This document shows, piece by piece, positions 22,482 to 64,000 of a stretch of 64,000 nucleotides of DNA (position 1 is the first letter of the stretch; every line of letters starts with the position of its first letter). This DNA comes from the human T2T-CHM13v2.0 reference genome, Homo sapiens, in assembly GCF_009914755.1 (NCBI RefSeq), contig NC_060939.1; one strand, written 5' to 3'. Below the pieces are notes generated by a model, which saw only the letters and a program-made list of their open reading frames with translations, was not told the origin of the DNA and searched no databases. The position numbers and the translations under genes are program-made.

Positions 22482-24512
22482 TCAGTGCTGGTTTTTGGTT
22501 CCCTAAGAGCTGCATGAGTGCTAGGCTTCACCACGTGACTGGGGGCCCCTTGGGAACTGGGTACTATGGGCAGGATGCCCCTGAAAAGAACTGAAGACAG
22601 AGGAATCATACTTCTCTTTAATACCTCTGGGGAAGGCCCAGGCTAAGGATGAGGGCAGGGACCAGTCCCAGTGCCCCCTGGGGAGAGAAGAGGGAGAAGC
22701 TTGGGCACAAACTCCCAGTGGCCCTGCAAGGCTATCATCCCTGGATCTTGCTGGAGTGGACAGTCTTCTGGGCCAGGGTTGTTCTAGCTTGTTTCTCACT
22801 GTACCTAATCAGGGGGCCTAACTGCATTAACAGGCAGCCAGAACCTACCTACCAAAAAGCCTGTAACCTAGACTGCTCCTCAGATTTTGGCCAAGAGAGG
22901 GCCCCGGCTTGGGAGCTGCTTGGCCCTGAGAGTGAGCAGAGGCTCAGAGAATACACAGCACAAGGGTTACAGTCCCTGGCCTCTTCCCATCGCTGGAGAC
23001 AATTTAAGACTGAAGGGAAGATGAGAGGAGGGGCCAGCCCTCTACCCTGGCTCATCTGCTTCTGGCTATGTTCCTACAAGGGAAGTGATAACAGCCTGAA
23101 ACCCGTGGTACCAGGGCCTACCCTATGTCCACAATCCTTGGTGAGCCCTTCTGTCCACCCATCCACCCGCTCAGCCAGCCTGGGCAGACACAGAGCAGAA
23201 GCAGCCTGAAGCCCTGAAGCAGGCTTAAACACAAGTCCTTGACAGGAATCCCTGCCAGGATTCCAGGCATAGATCCTGTTCTACCAGCCTCCAGGGCCTA
23301 GAGCTTGGCACCTTAGGATTTGAGCATCAGTGTGTTCCTATGGTTGGAACCCACACCAGCTAGCTCATCCAGAACTAGCCTCATTTTGCCATCTTTGAGA
23401 CAGGGTGCTGGCCCCAAGCCTACTCATCTAGACTGGACAAATGTAAAAGGTTCAAAGCCCAGATGATGTAAGAGCTGGGGTGGAGCTCAAGCACGGGAGC
23501 CCATCTGCCTGCTCTGGGATGACAGCTGCAAAGGACCGTTTCAGGGGAAGGGCAGAGGGGATGAAAGAGTAGGTGGGGCATGTATGTGCGGGCAAAGGGC
23601 TGGAGGAGTGGTGGCCTAGGACAGAAGCACCAGGAAGCCTCTTCTGGTTCAGCACCAGGCTCCCCCAGGGATATCCCCATCTGAGGGGTCTGGCCCCAGA
23701 CTAGGCAAAGGCTCAACCTGCTCAGCTTTGAGGGTGGGGGCGGGCACTGCTGGCAAGATGGGCACTGTGGTTCTACAGTAATATAACCTTATACTACCTG
23801 TGCTGAAGACGACAGAACAACATAAAATCCCAATACAGTAACACCATCCTAATGCCGCCCCCTTCCCTACCTCTGAGTGATGGAGGGAAAAGGAGGGAGA
23901 GATCCTTGGAAAAATCAGCATAAAACTTGGATCAGCTCAGGAGTAAGGGTCAAAACCCCCCAAATCAACTTGTGGGGCTAGGGGAAGGCCTGGTCTGTCA
24001 CAGCCCTGGACATGAATGGAGAGTGCAGGTCTGCCCTCTGGTGGACAGCTGCCGTGCAGCTGGTTCTACAGAGGAAGGGCTGTCTGCGTGGGGAAAGCAG
24101 GGGAGACACAAAGCCACAAGCTCTGAAATAGAGCAGGTACAGGCCCCCAGACAGGACCTGGCCCACTCTTCAATGTGTGTGCCCAGGCCCAGTGGCTGTA
24201 AACCTGAAACACAGTCTTGAGAGCTGCCTACGGCTGTAAACAAAGGCCCACCTGGCCGTGCAGGGGGCTGAGGGTAGAGATGCCTGGAGTTGCTGCACGC
24301 TCAGCCTGCCACCCAGCCCGGAACCCAGTGGGAAAGACTTCCCTGGCTAAGAGCAAGTGACAGGTCAGTTTTAAGTAAGTTCTGTTCTCTCACAGAAGAA
24401 ACAAACCCAAAAGAGAAAAAACTTTAACAAGGTCCATGAAGCTTCATATCCTTAAGGCGTTTGTTATCAGGAGCAGCAGGGGACAGCAGAGTCCTGCCTG
24501 CGCAGGAACCCT

Positions 24513-63676
<39,164 letters not shown>

Positions 63677-63881
63677 CTGAAATACACAAAAAAGCCAAGT
63701 CTCAAAATTATAATAGTGGTAAGAATGATGAAACTGAGATCATTAGCAAACAGCTACCCCTTTGCAGGACTGCATTTTATTGAGTTATCAGAGGCTAGGA
63801 AAGGGGGCTGTGTGCTTAAGGACAGGGGTCAGCCACCAACTATCCAACTGACACAATGCTAGCCTTTAAAAAGAGGCTATT

Positions 63882-64000
63882 GGCCGGGCACGGTGGCTCA
63901 CGCCTGTAATCCCAGCACTTTGGGAGGCCGAGGCGGGCGGATCACGAGGTCAGGAGATCGAGACCATCCCGGCTAAAACGGTGAAACCCCGTCTCTACTA
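63882..64000 (+). mobile_element. Young AluYa5-type element (5' part, runs off the window)
   Basis: CpG-rich; diagnostic gagaccatcccggctaaaacggtg. Confidence 0.85.

Noticed and set aside
22649-23209. 186-aa + strand ORF antisense to the EDC3 3'UTR
   Set aside because: Lies past both CLK3 poly(A) signals, with no domain and no promoter evidence.
23775-23802. let-7-like string (caggtagtataaggtt) on the - strand
   Set aside because: Seed differs from let-7 and I could not find a convincing pre-miRNA hairpin.

Overview
Human genomic DNA; recognised from the proteins as the CLK3/EDC3 locus (15q24). The + strand holds a CpG-island promoter (~6500-8550) and the complete 13-exon CLK3 kinase gene. 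Its 490-aa ORF starts at the first base of exon 2, with an optional in-frame 148-aa N-terminal extension in exon 1. The - strand holds the last five coding exons and ~2 kb 3'UTR of EDC3, converging on CLK3 with a ~0.4 kb gap. EDC3 introns are dense in Alu, L1, L2, Tigger-derived MITEs and one ERV1 solo LTR. Main unexplained signals: (1) a decayed multi-exon, coiled-coil-encoding gene on the - strand at 1-5644, head-to-head with CLK3 (candidate unitary pseudogene); (2) CLK3 regulatory exon 4 has no polypyrimidine tract, a ~205-nt AG-free zone and predicted RNA structures on both sides; (3) two strong-splice-site candidate poison exons in EDC3; (4) a retroposed 5' half of tRNA-Gly(TCC) whose target site was later re-used by an Alu; (5) a 108-bp, 96%-identical duplication between two CLK3 introns. 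All coordinates and base pairings were read by hand; repeat boundaries are approximate and no database search was run.
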